DNA of 64,000 bases from Bacillota bacterium (GTDB lineage Bacteria > Bacillota_I > Bacilli_A > RF39 > UBA660): positions 1,146 to 65,145 of the forward strand of contig DOEC01000006.1 of assembly GCA_003524085.1 (NCBI GenBank), read 5' to 3'. The translations under genes were made by a program, and so were the position numbers. The notes beneath the pieces are model-generated. The model was given only the letters and a program-made list of their open reading frames with translations, did no database searches and was not told the origin of the DNA. This document shows positions 39,311-49,693 of the stretch, piece after piece; the stretch's first letter is position 1, and every line of letters begins with the position of its first letter.

Positions 39311-39387
39311 GGGGAATTAGCTCAGTTGGCTAGAGCACCTGCCTTGCACGCAGGGGGTCGCGGGTTCAAGTCCCACATTCTCCACCA
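39311..39387 (+). tRNA. tRNA-Ala (anticodon UGC), CCA encoded
   Basis: Cloverleaf readable by eye with G3:U70 and anticodon loop CTTGCAC; one C:A mismatch in the T-stem. Confidence 0.8.
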
Positions 39388-39401
39388 AATATATCTATAG
39401 A

Positions 39402-39428
39402 AGTCCTTTTTTCTAAGGACTTTTTTTG
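39402..39428 (+). terminator. rho-independent terminator after tRNA-Ala
   Basis: AGTCCTT-TTTTCT-AAGGACT followed by TTTTTTTG. Confidence 0.7.
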
Positions 39429-39519
39429 TTATACTACTAGTGAAGTGTTAATTAATTTAGTTAAAGATACAAAAGACGTTAAAGTAAAAACTATGAGACT
39501 TTGATGTCTTTTTTTAAAG

Positions 39520-39542
39520 AAAAAAAAGAACTATTTGGTTCT
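39520..39542 (-). terminator. rho-independent terminator downstream of yvcK
   Basis: AGAAC-TATTTG-GTTCT preceded on plus by A7 (U-run on the minus transcript). Confidence 0.55.
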
Positions 39543-39544
39543 TC

Positions 39545-40489
39545 TTAGTATTTAAAGACTTCTACAAATATGTTAAAAGCTACTTTAAGAGCGTCATGTC
39601 TTACCATGCCATTATCTATTATAAAATAGTTGTCTTCTATTACAGTGATGTCTTTTAAGTTTTCTTTATCTAGTAAGACTTGGTCTTTTTGTTCACTAGT
39701 TTGATATTTTTCTAATATATTTTTATCTATCTTTTTATTGTTTGCAAGTACTACGTCTACTTTTCTTTTGCCTAAGTATGAGTTTAATAAATTTACGTGG
39801 TCGCTTACTTTAAAGTTATCTGTTTCGCCTGGTTGAGTAACCATGTTTGATACGTATATTATTTTGGCATTTGACTCGTCTATTGCGTCTATGATTTCTT
39901 TGTTTATTAAATTTGGTATGATACTTGTAAATATGCTACCCATGCTTAGTATGATGGCGTCTGCATTTTTAATTACTTTTATTGCTTCAGGTGTTATTAC
40001 TGGTGCTTCCTTATAGAAAACTTTTTTTATTTTCTTTGGACTTAGAGATATTTCTTTTTCGCCTTCAACAATTGTTTTATCTTTCATCTCTGCCATTAAT
40101 GTAACGTTATCTTCTGTTAATGGAACAACTTTTCCTTTCAAGTTAAATACTTTTGATAAAGCTTCTATTCCATCACTTAAATTGCCAGTTATTTCTTTTG
40201 CAGCTGTTAATATTAAATTCCCTACTGCGTGACCATTTAAATCGCTATATGTGCTGAACCTGTAATTAAATAGTTTTTCTACGAGTGGCTCAGTTTCACT
40301 TAGTGAAATTAATACTCTTCTAATGTCGCCTACTGCTGGCGTTTTAAATTCTTCTCTTAATTTACCAGTTGAAGAACCATTATCGCATACACTTACTATT
40401 GCAGTTATGTCTAACGGAAATTTTTTAAGGCCCTGTAAAAGTACAGAAAGGCCTGTTCCTCCACCTAGTACTACTACTTTTTTATTCAT
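39545..40489 (-). CDS. yvcK: gluconeogenesis factor YvcK (UPF0052/CofD-like)
   Basis: VVVLGGGTGLSVLLQGLK...SVCDNGSSTGKLRE. Confidence 0.8.
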   Translation of the reverse strand: MNKKVVVLGGGTGLSVLLQGLKKFPLDITAIVSVCDNGSSTGKLREEFKTPAVGDIRRVLISLSETEPLVEKLFNYRFSTYSDLNGHAVGNLILTAAKEITGNLSDGIEALSKVFNLKGKVVPLTEDNVTLMAEMKDKTIVEGEKEISLSPKKIKKVFYKEAPVITPEAIKVIKNADAIILSMGSIFTSIIPNLINKEIIDAIDESNAKIIYVSNMVTQPGETDNFKVSDHVNLLNSYLGKRKVDVVLANNKKIDKNILEKYQTSEQKDQVLLDKENLKDITVIEDNYFIIDNGMVRHDALKVAFNIFVEVFKY

Positions 40490-41443
40490 TTATCCCCCAT
40501 AATTAATATAATATTCATAATATTCATCAAATGTTATATTCTCATTATGTATAATTCTTGCAGCATTTGAGCCAACATATCTTAGTCTCCATGCATCATA
40601 TGAGAATCCTGTTATGTTTTCTTTATCCTTTGGATATCTTAAAATAAAGCCATATTTGTAAGCATTTTCCAAAATCCATGTGTGTTCTGGACTGTTTTCC
40701 ATGTCTGAGCCTTCTGTATAAAGTGGCTTTACTACAACACTTAGACCAGTTTGATATTCTGAGTGACCAGGACGTGCTGCAACTTTATCGGCATAGTCTA
40801 CACCACTACTTGCTTCAATATCATTATATGCTTCTTCTTGATCAGCATAACTTCTATATCCTTGACTTACTACTAAATTATATCCACTTTCTTTAGCAGC
40901 GTCTAGCATATTTGTAAGACTATCATACATCATTTTACTTACTTGTTTTCCTTCATATGCATAGCTTAAACTAACGTCTACTAAATCACTTGGCACGTAG
41001 GTTTCTGATAGCTTGTAAAATTTATTTACTAACATCAATTCTCCTTTTGAAGTGTCTGTATCTGCTATACTTTTGTACCAGCCTAAAGATGCTTTTGTGT
41101 TTACTTTAGCTACTATATCAGTTAAATTACCATTATTTTCATTTATATAATCCAAGTATTTATCTAAGTTTGCAAATATAAACTTTTTTTCTTTCATTAG
41201 TTTTGTTATGTTTACATTGTATTTATGATTTAGTAATGTGTTAATCTCGTCTTCTTTTAAAGTCTTAATGTATTCTATTTCATTATCAGAATAGCCTACT
41301 TCGCCCAGTTTGTATTCTATGGTTTTTCTCAAATTGCTTTCATCTATTAAAGATTTAATACCTATTATAACTACTACCAAAATTACTACAACAATACCTA
41401 CAAATACTCCTAATTTTTTAACATTTAATTTTTTCTTTGTCAA
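40490..41443 (-). CDS. M15B D-alanyl-D-alanine carboxypeptidase (VanY-like), membrane anchored
   Basis: N-terminal TM; ARPGHSEYQTGLSV and DAWRLRYVG zinc-peptidase blocks. Confidence 0.7.
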   Translation of the reverse strand: MTKKKLNVKKLGVFVGIVVVILVVVIIGIKSLIDESNLRKTIEYKLGEVGYSDNEIEYIKTLKEDEINTLLNHKYNVNITKLMKEKKFIFANLDKYLDYINENNGNLTDIVAKVNTKASLGWYKSIADTDTSKGELMLVNKFYKLSETYVPSDLVDVSLSYAYEGKQVSKMMYDSLTNMLDAAKESGYNLVVSQGYRSYADQEEAYNDIEASSGVDYADKVAARPGHSEYQTGLSVVVKPLYTEGSDMENSPEHTWILENAYKYGFILRYPKDKENITGFSYDAWRLRYVGSNAARIIHNENITFDEYYEYYINYGG

Positions 41444-41513
41444 ATCTTATCACCTTAAGTATATTATACAAAAAAACTTCAAATTTCTCAATATTAAAAG
41501 AAGACTTTTTAAA

Positions 41514-42242
41514 CTAAGTTGTTAAAATTAGGTCTTTTAATTTTTTTAGTTTATCTTTGTCTTCTTTTGATACTCTAAATGAGTCATTCACTTTGCTTGT
41601 TGCTTTTCTTACAATAAAATCCGGTAATTTAGTGTTTTTTATAAATTCGTAAGTGTCACTTGTAAACTTTACGTATAGTTCACAAAGTAGCCACGATATT
41701 GCCATGTCTACGTAATAAGCATGTGTTGTCTCTTTTTTTATTAAATCAAATATGACGCTTAAATTTTCTTTTTTTAAATAATGGTCTAATATTATAACGT
41801 AGCCAAATCTTTTTGTAAATTCATGAGAACTTTTTAGAAAATTGAATGAATATTCAATAGTTGTGTTATCTAATATTTTTGAAGAATTGCTAATCATGTC
41901 AGTAAAGCTCCACGAGTCCATTTTCTTTGTATAATTCTTTATGTATTTGGTATACTCTTTTAAATCTGACATGTTTGAAATCACTAATCCTGACAAAATT
42001 TGTACTTCATATATATTAGAACTATTTGCAAAAGTTATGAAATCCAAGTAATTAGTTTTCATTATTTCCTTTGAAATTTTTTTCAAAACTGGAATACGCA
42101 AACCTAGAGTTTTGTAACTGGTATTAATTATTTTATCGTTAAAGTTTTTGTATTTTTCATCACTCAATGTTTGTAAATAATTGGTTAACTCAAGAAAGGT
42201 TTGTTCCTTCCATTCATTACACATTAATATTGTATTCCCCAT
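41514..42242 (-). CDS. DNA alkylation repair enzyme family (AlkD-like HEAT-repeat protein)
   Basis: Typical N-terminus of the family; 242 aa. Confidence 0.6.
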   Translation of the reverse strand: MGNTILMCNEWKEQTFLELTNYLQTLSDEKYKNFNDKIINTSYKTLGLRIPVLKKISKEIMKTNYLDFITFANSSNIYEVQILSGLVISNMSDLKEYTKYIKNYTKKMDSWSFTDMISNSSKILDNTTIEYSFNFLKSSHEFTKRFGYVIILDHYLKKENLSVIFDLIKKETTHAYYVDMAISWLLCELYVKFTSDTYEFIKNTKLPDFIVRKATSKVNDSFRVSKEDKDKLKKLKDLILTT

Positions 42243-43645
42243 ACCACTACTTCTTTAGCTGGTCTACCACATATTGCACATTTTCCTGTTATTTTTTCTT
42301 CATTTTCAAGTATGCATCTAGATTTTATGCCTGTTTTGTCCTTTAGTTTAATTTCACATTCAGTATTTCCACACCAGTCTGCTTTTATAAACCCCGGATG
42401 TTGTTTAATAATTGATGACATTTCATCCATATTTGTAGCAGTGTATGTTAGTGTATTCATTCTTTCTAGAGCTTTTTTGTATAAGTTATTTTGAATGTCT
42501 TCTAATAAAAATTCTATTTTGTTTAAAAGTTCTTCTATTTTTACTGTTATTTTTTCTCTACTATCTCTTCTTACTAATGTGACTTCGTTATTTTCTAGAT
42601 CTCTTGTACCCATTTCTATTCTAATAGGTGTGCCATTAACTTCACTTTCGGCAAATTTGAAACCTGGTGATTTTTCTGAGTCATCCACTCTAAATGTTAT
42701 GTTATTTTCTTTTAATTTAGTTTTTATTATTTCTAGAGCACTACTTACAGAAATGTCACTGCCAATCGGAATTATATCAACTTTTATTGGAGCTACTTTT
42801 GGTGGAAGAACAAGTCCATAATCATCTCCGTGTACCATAATAACTGCACCTATCATTCTATTTGATGAACCCCAAGAAGTTTGATATGCATATTCATAGT
42901 TGTTGTCTTTATTTAAGAATTTTATGTCGTAAGCTTTGCTAAATTTTTGTCCAAAATAATGTGACGTTCCACTTTGAAGGCATATTCCATTATACATTAA
43001 CGCTTCAATTGTTAAAGTGTATTCTGCACCTGCAAATTTTTCTTTTTCTGTTTTTCTTCCTGACATAACTGGTACTGCTAGATAGTCAGTAAAGAACTTT
43101 TTATAGATATTTAGCATATCGTGTGTTTCTTTTTCAGCTTCTATTTGTGTTGCATGTACTGTGTGACCTTCTTGCCAAAAAAATTCTCTACTTCTTAAAA
43201 ATGGCCTTGTTTCCTTTTCCCATCTTACTACACTGCACCATTGATTGTATTTAAGTGGTAAATCTCTATATGATTTTACTACATCGTGGTAGTAATCGCT
43301 AAATAACGTCTCACTTGTTGGGCGAACAGCTAATTTTTCTTCAAGTGGTTTCGAACCACCTATTGTTACCCAGGCTACTTCTGGTGCAAAACCTTCTACT
43401 AACTCGCCTTCCTTTTTTAGTAAGTTTTCTGGTATAAACATTGGCATCATGACATTTTTATGTCCAGTTTCTTTAAACATTTTATCCATGTTTTCTTTAA
43501 TACTTTCCCATAAAGCACATCCATTTGGTTCAAAAATTGTGCAACCTTTCACATTTGAATATCTTGCTAAATGAGCTGCGTTAACTACATCTGTGTACCA
43601 AGCTGCAAAGTCAACATCTCTACTTGTTATTTTGTTATTTTTCAT
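42224..43645 (-). CDS. proS: prolyl-tRNA synthetase (archaeal/eukaryotic-type class II)
   Basis: Length about 474 aa, class II motifs, C-terminal zinc-binding-like CxxC. Start at MKNNKIT with an AGGAGG RBS; the ORF-track start lies inside the leader. Confidence 0.85.
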   Translation of the reverse strand: MKNNKITSRDVDFAAWYTDVVNAAHLARYSNVKGCTIFEPNGCALWESIKENMDKMFKETGHKNVMMPMFIPENLLKKEGELVEGFAPEVAWVTIGGSKPLEEKLAVRPTSETLFSDYYHDVVKSYRDLPLKYNQWCSVVRWEKETRPFLRSREFFWQEGHTVHATQIEAEKETHDMLNIYKKFFTDYLAVPVMSGRKTEKEKFAGAEYTLTIEALMYNGICLQSGTSHYFGQKFSKAYDIKFLNKDNNYEYAYQTSWGSSNRMIGAVIMVHGDDYGLVLPPKVAPIKVDIIPIGSDISVSSALEIIKTKLKENNITFRVDDSEKSPGFKFAESEVNGTPIRIEMGTRDLENNEVTLVRRDSREKITVKIEELLNKIEFLLEDIQNNLYKKALERMNTLTYTATNMDEMSSIIKQHPGFIKADWCGNTECEIKLKDKTGIKSRCILENEEKITGKCAICGRPAKEVVVWGIQY

Positions 43646-43649
43646 AAAA

Positions 43650-43875
43650 TCTTTCCTCCTAAAATAAAAAGGACAGCATAAGGAGTGCAAAAGTGCACGG
43701 TGCCATCCCTTGTTTTTCTTTATTATTTATAACGGTTTTTAGCCGGGAATACTTTTATATTCCACTTTAGAAAGTAGGAAAATTTATTCTTATTATTAGT
43801 TTTCACCAAACACTAACTCTCTATAAATAAAAAGATAAATTCATTCTTTCATCACAAGTTTTACATTGTTATTTT
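43650..43875 (-). promoter_or_regulatory. T-box leader (tRNA-Pro responsive) upstream of proS
   Basis: On the minus strand there is an AGAGAG stem-I element, a loop with a candidate CCU specifier (…AAAUUUUCCUACU…), a T-box-like AACAAGGGAUGGCACCGUG block, and a terminator hairpin with a U-run before the RBS. Confidence 0.65.
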
Positions 43876-43876
43876 A

Positions 43877-44641
43877 TCATTTTTTTCTTAAAGTTGCAAC
43901 ATAATTGTATGAGTTTGTGTCCTGAACAGCGTCAACTTTATCAATAATATAGCCGTTTTCTTTAAAACCAGTGAAAAAGTCACTGTATTCATGCCACACA
44001 TAGTTTGCCTGAACTTCGCCAGTTTCGTTTAAATGTGTAAAAACATTCTTCATAATTTCGTTGTACTTCGTCACATCTATTCCTAAAAATGAATAAATAT
44101 TTGACAATAAGATTAAATCATAGTCATTAGTTATTTCATTTAATATATTTGGAAATACTCCTATAATGAAGTTTGGAAGTGGCTTGATGTGCAATAGTTC
44201 TTTTAACTCATTGTAGTTATTTTTATCTAAATAAGGTATTACTCTTCCAGACATAGTGTTTACTTTATTGTTAAATCCGATTACAATATATGTTAGTTTG
44301 TTAAGTCCACGCTTGTAAGCAAAATCAAAGAAAGTTTTTACATCTTTTGGTAAATGTTTTCTTAGTTTTTGATATATAGCTTTGTTTTTCATATTTGATT
44401 TAATAAAAAATTCTACAAATTCTTCATATGTCAAAACTTTAATTGCAATGTATTTAAAAATTAAATAGTACTTTGAAGGAGCGAACATATCAAAACAGGT
44501 AACTTCTTCTGCTCCATATAAAATGCTTGAAAAATACTGATCTCCACTGCCTATTACACTCAAGACTTTCTTGTTTTTGAAATCGTATAAATCTTGATAA
44601 CTCGTTAAGTTTTCGTTACTAAATCTATATAATTTATTCAT
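43877..44641 (-). CDS. class I SAM-dependent methyltransferase-like protein (hypothetical)
   Basis: Motif I-like VLSVIGSGDQ...VTCFDMF. Confidence 0.35.
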   Translation of the reverse strand: MNKLYRFSNENLTSYQDLYDFKNKKVLSVIGSGDQYFSSILYGAEEVTCFDMFAPSKYYLIFKYIAIKVLTYEEFVEFFIKSNMKNKAIYQKLRKHLPKDVKTFFDFAYKRGLNKLTYIVIGFNNKVNTMSGRVIPYLDKNNYNELKELLHIKPLPNFIIGVFPNILNEITNDYDLILLSNIYSFLGIDVTKYNEIMKNVFTHLNETGEVQANYVWHEYSDFFTGFKENGYIIDKVDAVQDTNSYNYVATLRKK

Positions 44642-44656
44642 ACCAAGACCCCATTT

Positions 44657-45145
44657 TTATTTTCTGACTGCATTTTTTTGAAATTCAGGAAATTTGTCAT
44701 AGTCTAATTTGTTTATTATTTCTATTGTTGGCTTTTTATTAGAATATGAACTAAACCTTGTATAGTTACCATCCTCATATGAAAAACTTATAATTTCGCC
44801 TAATTCTGTTGTGGTTGTAATGTTGTTGTACCTCGTTATATTAAACAATAATATCACTTCACCATTTTTAAATTTTATAGTTCCAGTGATATCTCTATTT
44901 TCTATGATTTCTCCATCTGTTACATAATATATGCCACTTATATACCCATATTCTTTTCCTTCAGGTGTAACTTGTAAACCCATTAGCACACTTTTGACAG
45001 GTTTACTACTAATTTTTAATTCAGTGTCTGTAAACTCTTTACTGTTTAAAATAACGCGTATTATATTGTTCAAATCAAGTCCACTATTTATGTTGTCTTT
45101 GCTAAAGCAAAAGAAATTTTCAAACAAAATATTATATTCATTCAT
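44657..45145 (-). CDS. hypothetical protein
   Basis: ORF only. Confidence 0.4.
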   Translation of the reverse strand: MNEYNILFENFFCFSKDNINSGLDLNNIIRVILNSKEFTDTELKISSKPVKSVLMGLQVTPEGKEYGYISGIYYVTDGEIIENRDITGTIKFKNGEVILLFNITRYNNITTTTELGEIISFSYEDGNYTRFSSYSNKKPTIEIINKLDYDKFPEFQKNAVRK

Positions 45146-45278
45146 TTTAACTCCCCCTCAATCAAAATAATTATACCATATTTGGTACAAAAAAGTCAAA
45201 TTTTAAATTAAATTATTAATAAGTAAAAACATTTTAACTATTGGTTATTTAAATAAAAGTCTTATTTATAAACATTCA

Positions 45279-46043
45279 CTAATGAGTTTTTTTGGTTTTC
45301 TGCTTTTCTTTAAAGCCTTTAATATCATTTTCTGGAGATACCCATTTGACACATACTTCATATCTGTCTTTTGTCTTATTTTCAGTTGTTAAACATCTCT
45401 TTTTAGGGCCAATTGTTAAACAAGAAATATGAGGAGTTTTATAATTCAAACATTTTTTATCTAAAAATAAATCATATAAATCATATTTGTTAATCCAAAC
45501 ATATTTGTCAGGTGTTCCACAAATTAAAGCATCAATATCGTATTTTGAATTTCTTCCTCTTATAACAAATCTATCAACCATTTCTATTATTATTTTCGTC
45601 TTATTAATATATTTGTTAAATATATCTACTTCGTCTTGATATAATAGGCGATAATCTTCAGAACTTAATTTTTTACTGTAATCACGAGTTCCATCACTAT
45701 TTCTTCTATAGCCATAATGAAAACTTAAATAATAATCTATCACTTTGTATGGGATATTTAAATTAATCAAAAACCTTTCAAACTCTTTAACTGGTTCTTG
45801 ACTAACTGAATTATAATGTCCTGATTTTATGCTAATACCTTTAGTATATTTTTTAAATTGAATAAATATATCAGCTTTCTGAAGTTTTTTGTTTTTATAG
45901 CAAATTATTGGTTCACTATTATCAATGGTGCCATCAAATATATTGGTTAAGAATTCTTGAGTGTTAGAATCAAATTCATATAAATATTTTTTATTAAAAA
46001 AATTTACAAAATCTCTTTCGTTTTTAAAACCATTATTGCGCAT
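45279..46043 (-). CDS. hypothetical protein (adjacent to the tRNA array end)
   Basis: ORF only; no recognisable motifs. Confidence 0.4.
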   Translation of the reverse strand: MRNNGFKNERDFVNFFNKKYLYEFDSNTQEFLTNIFDGTIDNSEPIICYKNKKLQKADIFIQFKKYTKGISIKSGHYNSVSQEPVKEFERFLINLNIPYKVIDYYLSFHYGYRRNSDGTRDYSKKLSSEDYRLLYQDEVDIFNKYINKTKIIIEMVDRFVIRGRNSKYDIDALICGTPDKYVWINKYDLYDLFLDKKCLNYKTPHISCLTIGPKKRCLTTENKTKDRYEVCVKWVSPENDIKGFKEKQKTKKTH

Positions 46044-46130
46044 TCAACACCTCCTTTATAAATTGAAAATCAATACCTAAATAGAACCTAAAAAAATAAA
46101 ACCCCGTAAACATGGAGTTAAATTACTAAA

Positions 46131-46207
46131 TGGTCGGGAAGACAGGATTTGAACCTGCAACCACTCGGTCCCAAACCGAGTGCTCTACCAAGTTGAGCCA
46201 CTTCCCG
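46131..46207 (-). tRNA. tRNA-Pro (UGG)
   Basis: Cloverleaf by eye: CGGGAAG acceptor, anticodon loop UUUGGGA, CCA encoded. Confidence 0.85.
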
Positions 46208-46212
46208 ATAAA

Positions 46213-46289
46213 TGGCGTCCCCAAGAGGAGTCGAACCCCTAACCTTTTGATCCGTAGTCAAACGCTCTATCCAGTTGAGCTATGAGGAC
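46213..46289 (-). tRNA. tRNA-Arg (ACG)
   Basis: GTCCTCATAGCTCAACTGGATAGAGC..., anticodon loop CUACGGA. Confidence 0.85.
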
Positions 46290-46332
46290 AGCCTGTCCAA
46301 AATATATATAAGCTCCGGCTGGCTTTTAAAAA

Positions 46333-46408
46333 TGGTGGCTTCAGTTGGAATCGAACCAACGACACCAAGATTTTCAGTCTTGTGCTCTGCCAACTGAGCT
46401 ATGAAGCC
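46333..46408 (-). tRNA. tRNA-Phe (GAA)
   Basis: GGCTTCATAGCTCAGTTGG..., anticodon loop CUGAAAA. Confidence 0.85.
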
Positions 46409-46412
46409 ACAA

Positions 46413-46488
46413 TGGCGGTTCCGACGGGAATTGAACCCGCGATCCCTCGCGTGACAGGCGAGTGTGATAACCGCTACACCACGGAACC
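46413..46488 (-). tRNA. tRNA-Asp (GUC)
   Basis: GGTTCCGTGGTGTAGCGG..., anticodon loop CUGUCAC. Confidence 0.85.
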
Positions 46489-46495
46489 TTATTTT

Positions 46496-46572
<77 letters not shown>

Positions 46573-46590
46573 ATGTTAGTTTTTTAATTT

Positions 46591-46683
46591 TGGCGGAGGA
46601 AAAGGGATTTGAACCCCTGCGCCGCTTTCACGACCTCCTGGTTTTCAAGACCAGTCCCTTCAGCCAGACTTGGGTATTCCTCC
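46591..46683 (-). tRNA. tRNA-Ser (UGA), long variable arm
   Basis: GGAGGAATACCCAAGTCTGG..., anticodon loop CUUGAAA, 93 nt. Confidence 0.85.
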
Positions 46684-46690
46684 AACAAGA

Positions 46691-46779
46691 TGGTGCCTCG
46701 GGCCGGACTTGAACCGGCACGGTATTTAACTACCGAGGGATTTTAAGTCCCTTGCGTCTACCAATTTCGCCACCGAGGC
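46691..46779 (-). tRNA. tRNA-Leu (UAA), long variable arm
   Basis: GCCTCGGTGGCGAAATTGGTAGACGC..., anticodon loop CUUAAAA, 89 nt. Confidence 0.85.
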
Positions 46780-46803
46780 GTGTCACAATTTTTTATTAAA
46801 AAA

Positions 46804-46879
46804 TGGTGACCCGCTGGAGATTCGAACTCCAGACCCCTTGATTAAAAGTCAAGTGCTCTACCGGCTGAGCTAGCGGGTC
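46804..46879 (-). tRNA. tRNA-Lys (UUU)
   Basis: GACCCGCTAGCTCAGCCGG..., anticodon loop CUUUUAA. Confidence 0.85.
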
Positions 46880-46891
46880 AATATTATAAAT

Positions 46892-46967
46892 TGGTTGCCT
46901 CGGCGGGATTCGAACCAGCGAAATGCACGAGTCAAAGTCGTGTGCCTTACCACTTGGCTACGAGGCA
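46892..46967 (-). tRNA. tRNA-Gln (UUG)
   Basis: TGCCTCGTAGCCAAGTGGTAAGGC..., anticodon loop CUUUGAC; one U:C mismatch in the T-stem. Confidence 0.75.
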
Positions 46968-46974
46968 ATCTAAG

Positions 46975-47058
46975 TGGTGGAGAGACATGGATTCGAACCA
47001 TGGAACCCGAAGGAACAGATTTACAGTCTGCCGCGTTTAGCCTCTTCGCTATCTCTCC
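46975..47058 (-). tRNA. tRNA-Tyr (GUA), long variable arm
   Basis: GGAGAGATAGCGAAG..., anticodon loop CUGUAAA, 84 nt. Confidence 0.85.
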
Positions 47059-47065
47059 AAAAAAA

Positions 47066-47141
<76 letters not shown>

Positions 47142-47147
47142 AAATTA

Positions 47148-47224
47148 TGGTGGGCGACGAGAGACTCGAACTCCCGACCTCCTGCTTGTAAGGCAGATGC
47201 TCTAACCAACTGAGCTAGTCGCCC
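47148..47224 (-). tRNA. tRNA-Val (UAC)
   Basis: GGGCGACTAGCTCAGTTGG..., anticodon loop CUUACAA. Confidence 0.85.
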
Positions 47225-47245
47225 ATGTCACTGCTGACATGATTA

Positions 47246-47274
47246 AGTGTACCATTTTATTTTTAATATGTCAA
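47246..47274 (-). promoter_or_regulatory. promoter of the 12-tRNA array: TTGACA-17-(TGG)TACACT
   Basis: On the minus strand TTGACATATTAAAAATAAAATGGTACACTT. The -10 lies about 20 bp before the 5' end of tRNA-Val. Confidence 0.55.
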
Positions 47275-47284
47275 CATTTTTTCG

Positions 47285-47647
47285 TTAATTTTCTTTGTTT
47301 TTTTTTATTTCTTTTATTTTTTGGTTTGTCCAGTTCTTCAAATTAGCATGCAACAGTCCAAAACCACTGCCAGATTCCGGTATCATTGACAATTGTTGCT
47401 CAACTTTGTAGTCTATTTTCTTTATAGAAAGTTTGACTTCTCTTTTATCCTCATTAATATCTAAAACCTTAACATTTATTATATCTCCAATGCTAAACAA
47501 ATCGTTAAGATTTTTAACAAATTGGTTTGAAACCTCAGAAATATGAACTAACCCACTATAATCATCTTCCAAGCTCACAAAAACACCATAAGGGGTTATA
47601 CCTGTTACCTGACCTTTCACAATATTGTTAAGTTTAATACTATTCAT
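47285..47647 (-). CDS. S1 RNA-binding domain protein (YabR/GSP13-like)
   Basis: KGQVTGITPYGVFVSLEDDYSGLVHISEV... Confidence 0.75.
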   Translation of the reverse strand: MNSIKLNNIVKGQVTGITPYGVFVSLEDDYSGLVHISEVSNQFVKNLNDLFSIGDIINVKVLDINEDKREVKLSIKKIDYKVEQQLSMIPESGSGFGLLHANLKNWTNQKIKEIKKNKEN

Positions 47648-47689
47648 ACGACATCACATGTACATTATACCAAATTTTTGTTATTTAGT

Positions 47690-48592
47690 CTACATATTTT
47701 CTAACCATTCTACTTTGGGTATGTTATATTTTTTGTTAATCATATTAAACACATCAAATAATAGTATTTCATAATCCCTAGACTTACTTATAAACTTCAT
47801 AAGCGTTTTCTCATCAACTTCTTCTTCTAAAATTAATTTAACCTGGTCGAAATAATATACCGGATACAGTAATCTAGAAAACAATAATCTTAAATTTACA
47901 CGATTAAATTTTTTTAACGTTTCAACAACTTCCTCTAAATCCAATGTCCCATCAAAAAATTTTGTTTCAATATAAAGCGCTGTATCTCTTATTTCATAGT
48001 CAAATGTAAAGTTAATCGCGTTGTTAATTAAACCACTTAAAACATATTTGTTTAGTCTCTTATGGCCTAATGAAACCTTAGCGTCGTTCATATTTTCAGT
48101 TTCTTTTATATCAACATAGTAACTAATTGCGTTTTCAGCTAGGCCTACATAATAATCAAATGATTCTTGAATAAGTGGATAGTCTATGTTAAGGTCTGCC
48201 ATTTCACTTTCAAACACATCTATTTTCTTGCCCCATAGAACATCATAAGGTACGACATTATTGTTTTTTAGTATTAATAAATTATTAAAGTATATTAAAT
48301 CTTTTAACGAATATTTATCATTTTCTAGTGAATTTACCCTTAATAATACATATATCTTATCATTTAGTGCTACATAGAAAGTCTTGTTTTTATTAATTAT
48401 AAATGTGTCCACGAATATATTTCTTTTATATAACGAATTTGTTACTTTTACTAAAAATTCTATTTCTTCTATAGATTTTGACGTTTCTACAAAGTAATAT
48501 TTAAAGTCATTAAAATAAAAGTAGCAACCATTGTTAATTTCTACTATTTTACTAGGATAAATATTGTAATAATAGTTTATTGTTTCTTTCAT
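47690..48592 (-). CDS. CotS/YutH-like spore-coat-associated (kinase-fold) protein, putative
   Basis: N-terminal pattern typical of the YutH/CotS family; weak. Confidence 0.3.
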   Translation of the reverse strand: MKETINYYYNIYPSKIVEINNGCYFYFNDFKYYFVETSKSIEEIEFLVKVTNSLYKRNIFVDTFIINKNKTFYVALNDKIYVLLRVNSLENDKYSLKDLIYFNNLLILKNNNVVPYDVLWGKKIDVFESEMADLNIDYPLIQESFDYYVGLAENAISYYVDIKETENMNDAKVSLGHKRLNKYVLSGLINNAINFTFDYEIRDTALYIETKFFDGTLDLEEVVETLKKFNRVNLRLLFSRLLYPVYYFDQVKLILEEEVDEKTLMKFISKSRDYEILLFDVFNMINKKYNIPKVEWLENM

Positions 48593-48628
48593 AGTATCAC
48601 TAGTAAATTATATACAAAAAAACTGCAA

Positions 48629-49621
48629 TTATGCAGCTTGTTTATATGATAATGTTTGGTCAGGCATTGATTTTTGGTAATTCATGTTCTGTGCACTTTC
48701 CAACTTTTTTATTTTAGCTTGAAGTTCAGCTATTATTTCGTCTTTTTTCATTAGCTCTGCTCTTATTCTCTCAAAGCATATTTCTACGGCGTCTTTTTGT
48801 TTTTCTGTCTTTTCTTCTTGTTTGTATAATTCTTGTGGTGTAACAAGTTTTTCACTGCTTACTTCAGGCATATCAAATGCAGGCTCAGACACTGGTCCTG
48901 ATGTGACATCAACTACTGGTTCATTAGCAGATTCAGGTATAGGTGTTGATGTTTCTGTAGAAGGTACATCTACAACTGGTTCAGAAATAGCTGGCATTGC
49001 TGAAACTTCTGGGGTTACAGGTACAACTGGTTCTGCTGGACTAGCAGCTGCGATTTGGTCAAATATATTAGTACTTTCTAATGCAGGTTCAGCTTCTGCT
49101 GGTTTTACTTCTTCTTTTGCTTCTGACACTACTGGAGTTGGTTCTTGTACTGGTGCTGGTTCAGCAGGTGTTTGTACTATTGTTTCAGGGGTAACAGCAG
49201 GTTCTGGTGTTACACTCACTTCTGGTGTTTCAGAAGGAGTTTCAATTGTAAATGAGCTTTCCAAAGAAATACTTGCAAATTTTTCTTTATCAGTATCTTT
49301 TATTCCAATTACTCTTGAACCTAATAATTCTACAACACCACTTATATTCTTTGAACTATCCATTTTATTTCCTTGAATAATTGATTTCATAGCTGCTTTT
49401 ACATTATCCCATACGCTTTCATCAGTTATAGCAACAAATTTAAATAACCCTGGAGTTTCTTCAGTTACTTCAGAAATATAAACTTTACTCATTCCTTCTT
49501 TTAATCTCTCATTTTTTGATATTATAGCAAATGTCTTATTTAAATCTTTTATATCAAAATAATATACTATTTCTACATTTTCATTTGTTCCATCTAAATT
49601 TTTAACAGTGATTGTTTTCAT
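48629..49621 (-). CDS. hypothetical protein with a Pro/Thr/Glu/Val-rich low-complexity linker and a C-terminal coiled coil
   Basis: TPETIVQTPAEPAPVQEPTPVV... repeats. Confidence 0.45.
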   Translation of the reverse strand: MKTITVKNLDGTNENVEIVYYFDIKDLNKTFAIISKNERLKEGMSKVYISEVTEETPGLFKFVAITDESVWDNVKAAMKSIIQGNKMDSSKNISGVVELLGSRVIGIKDTDKEKFASISLESSFTIETPSETPEVSVTPEPAVTPETIVQTPAEPAPVQEPTPVVSEAKEEVKPAEAEPALESTNIFDQIAAASPAEPVVPVTPEVSAMPAISEPVVDVPSTETSTPIPESANEPVVDVTSGPVSEPAFDMPEVSSEKLVTPQELYKQEEKTEKQKDAVEICFERIRAELMKKDEIIAELQAKIKKLESAQNMNYQKSMPDQTLSYKQAA

Positions 49622-49693
49622 TATCTCACTCTCCTACTATTAACATCATACCATAAAAAAACATTTTTTACAAATGTTTTTTGAATTTTTTAG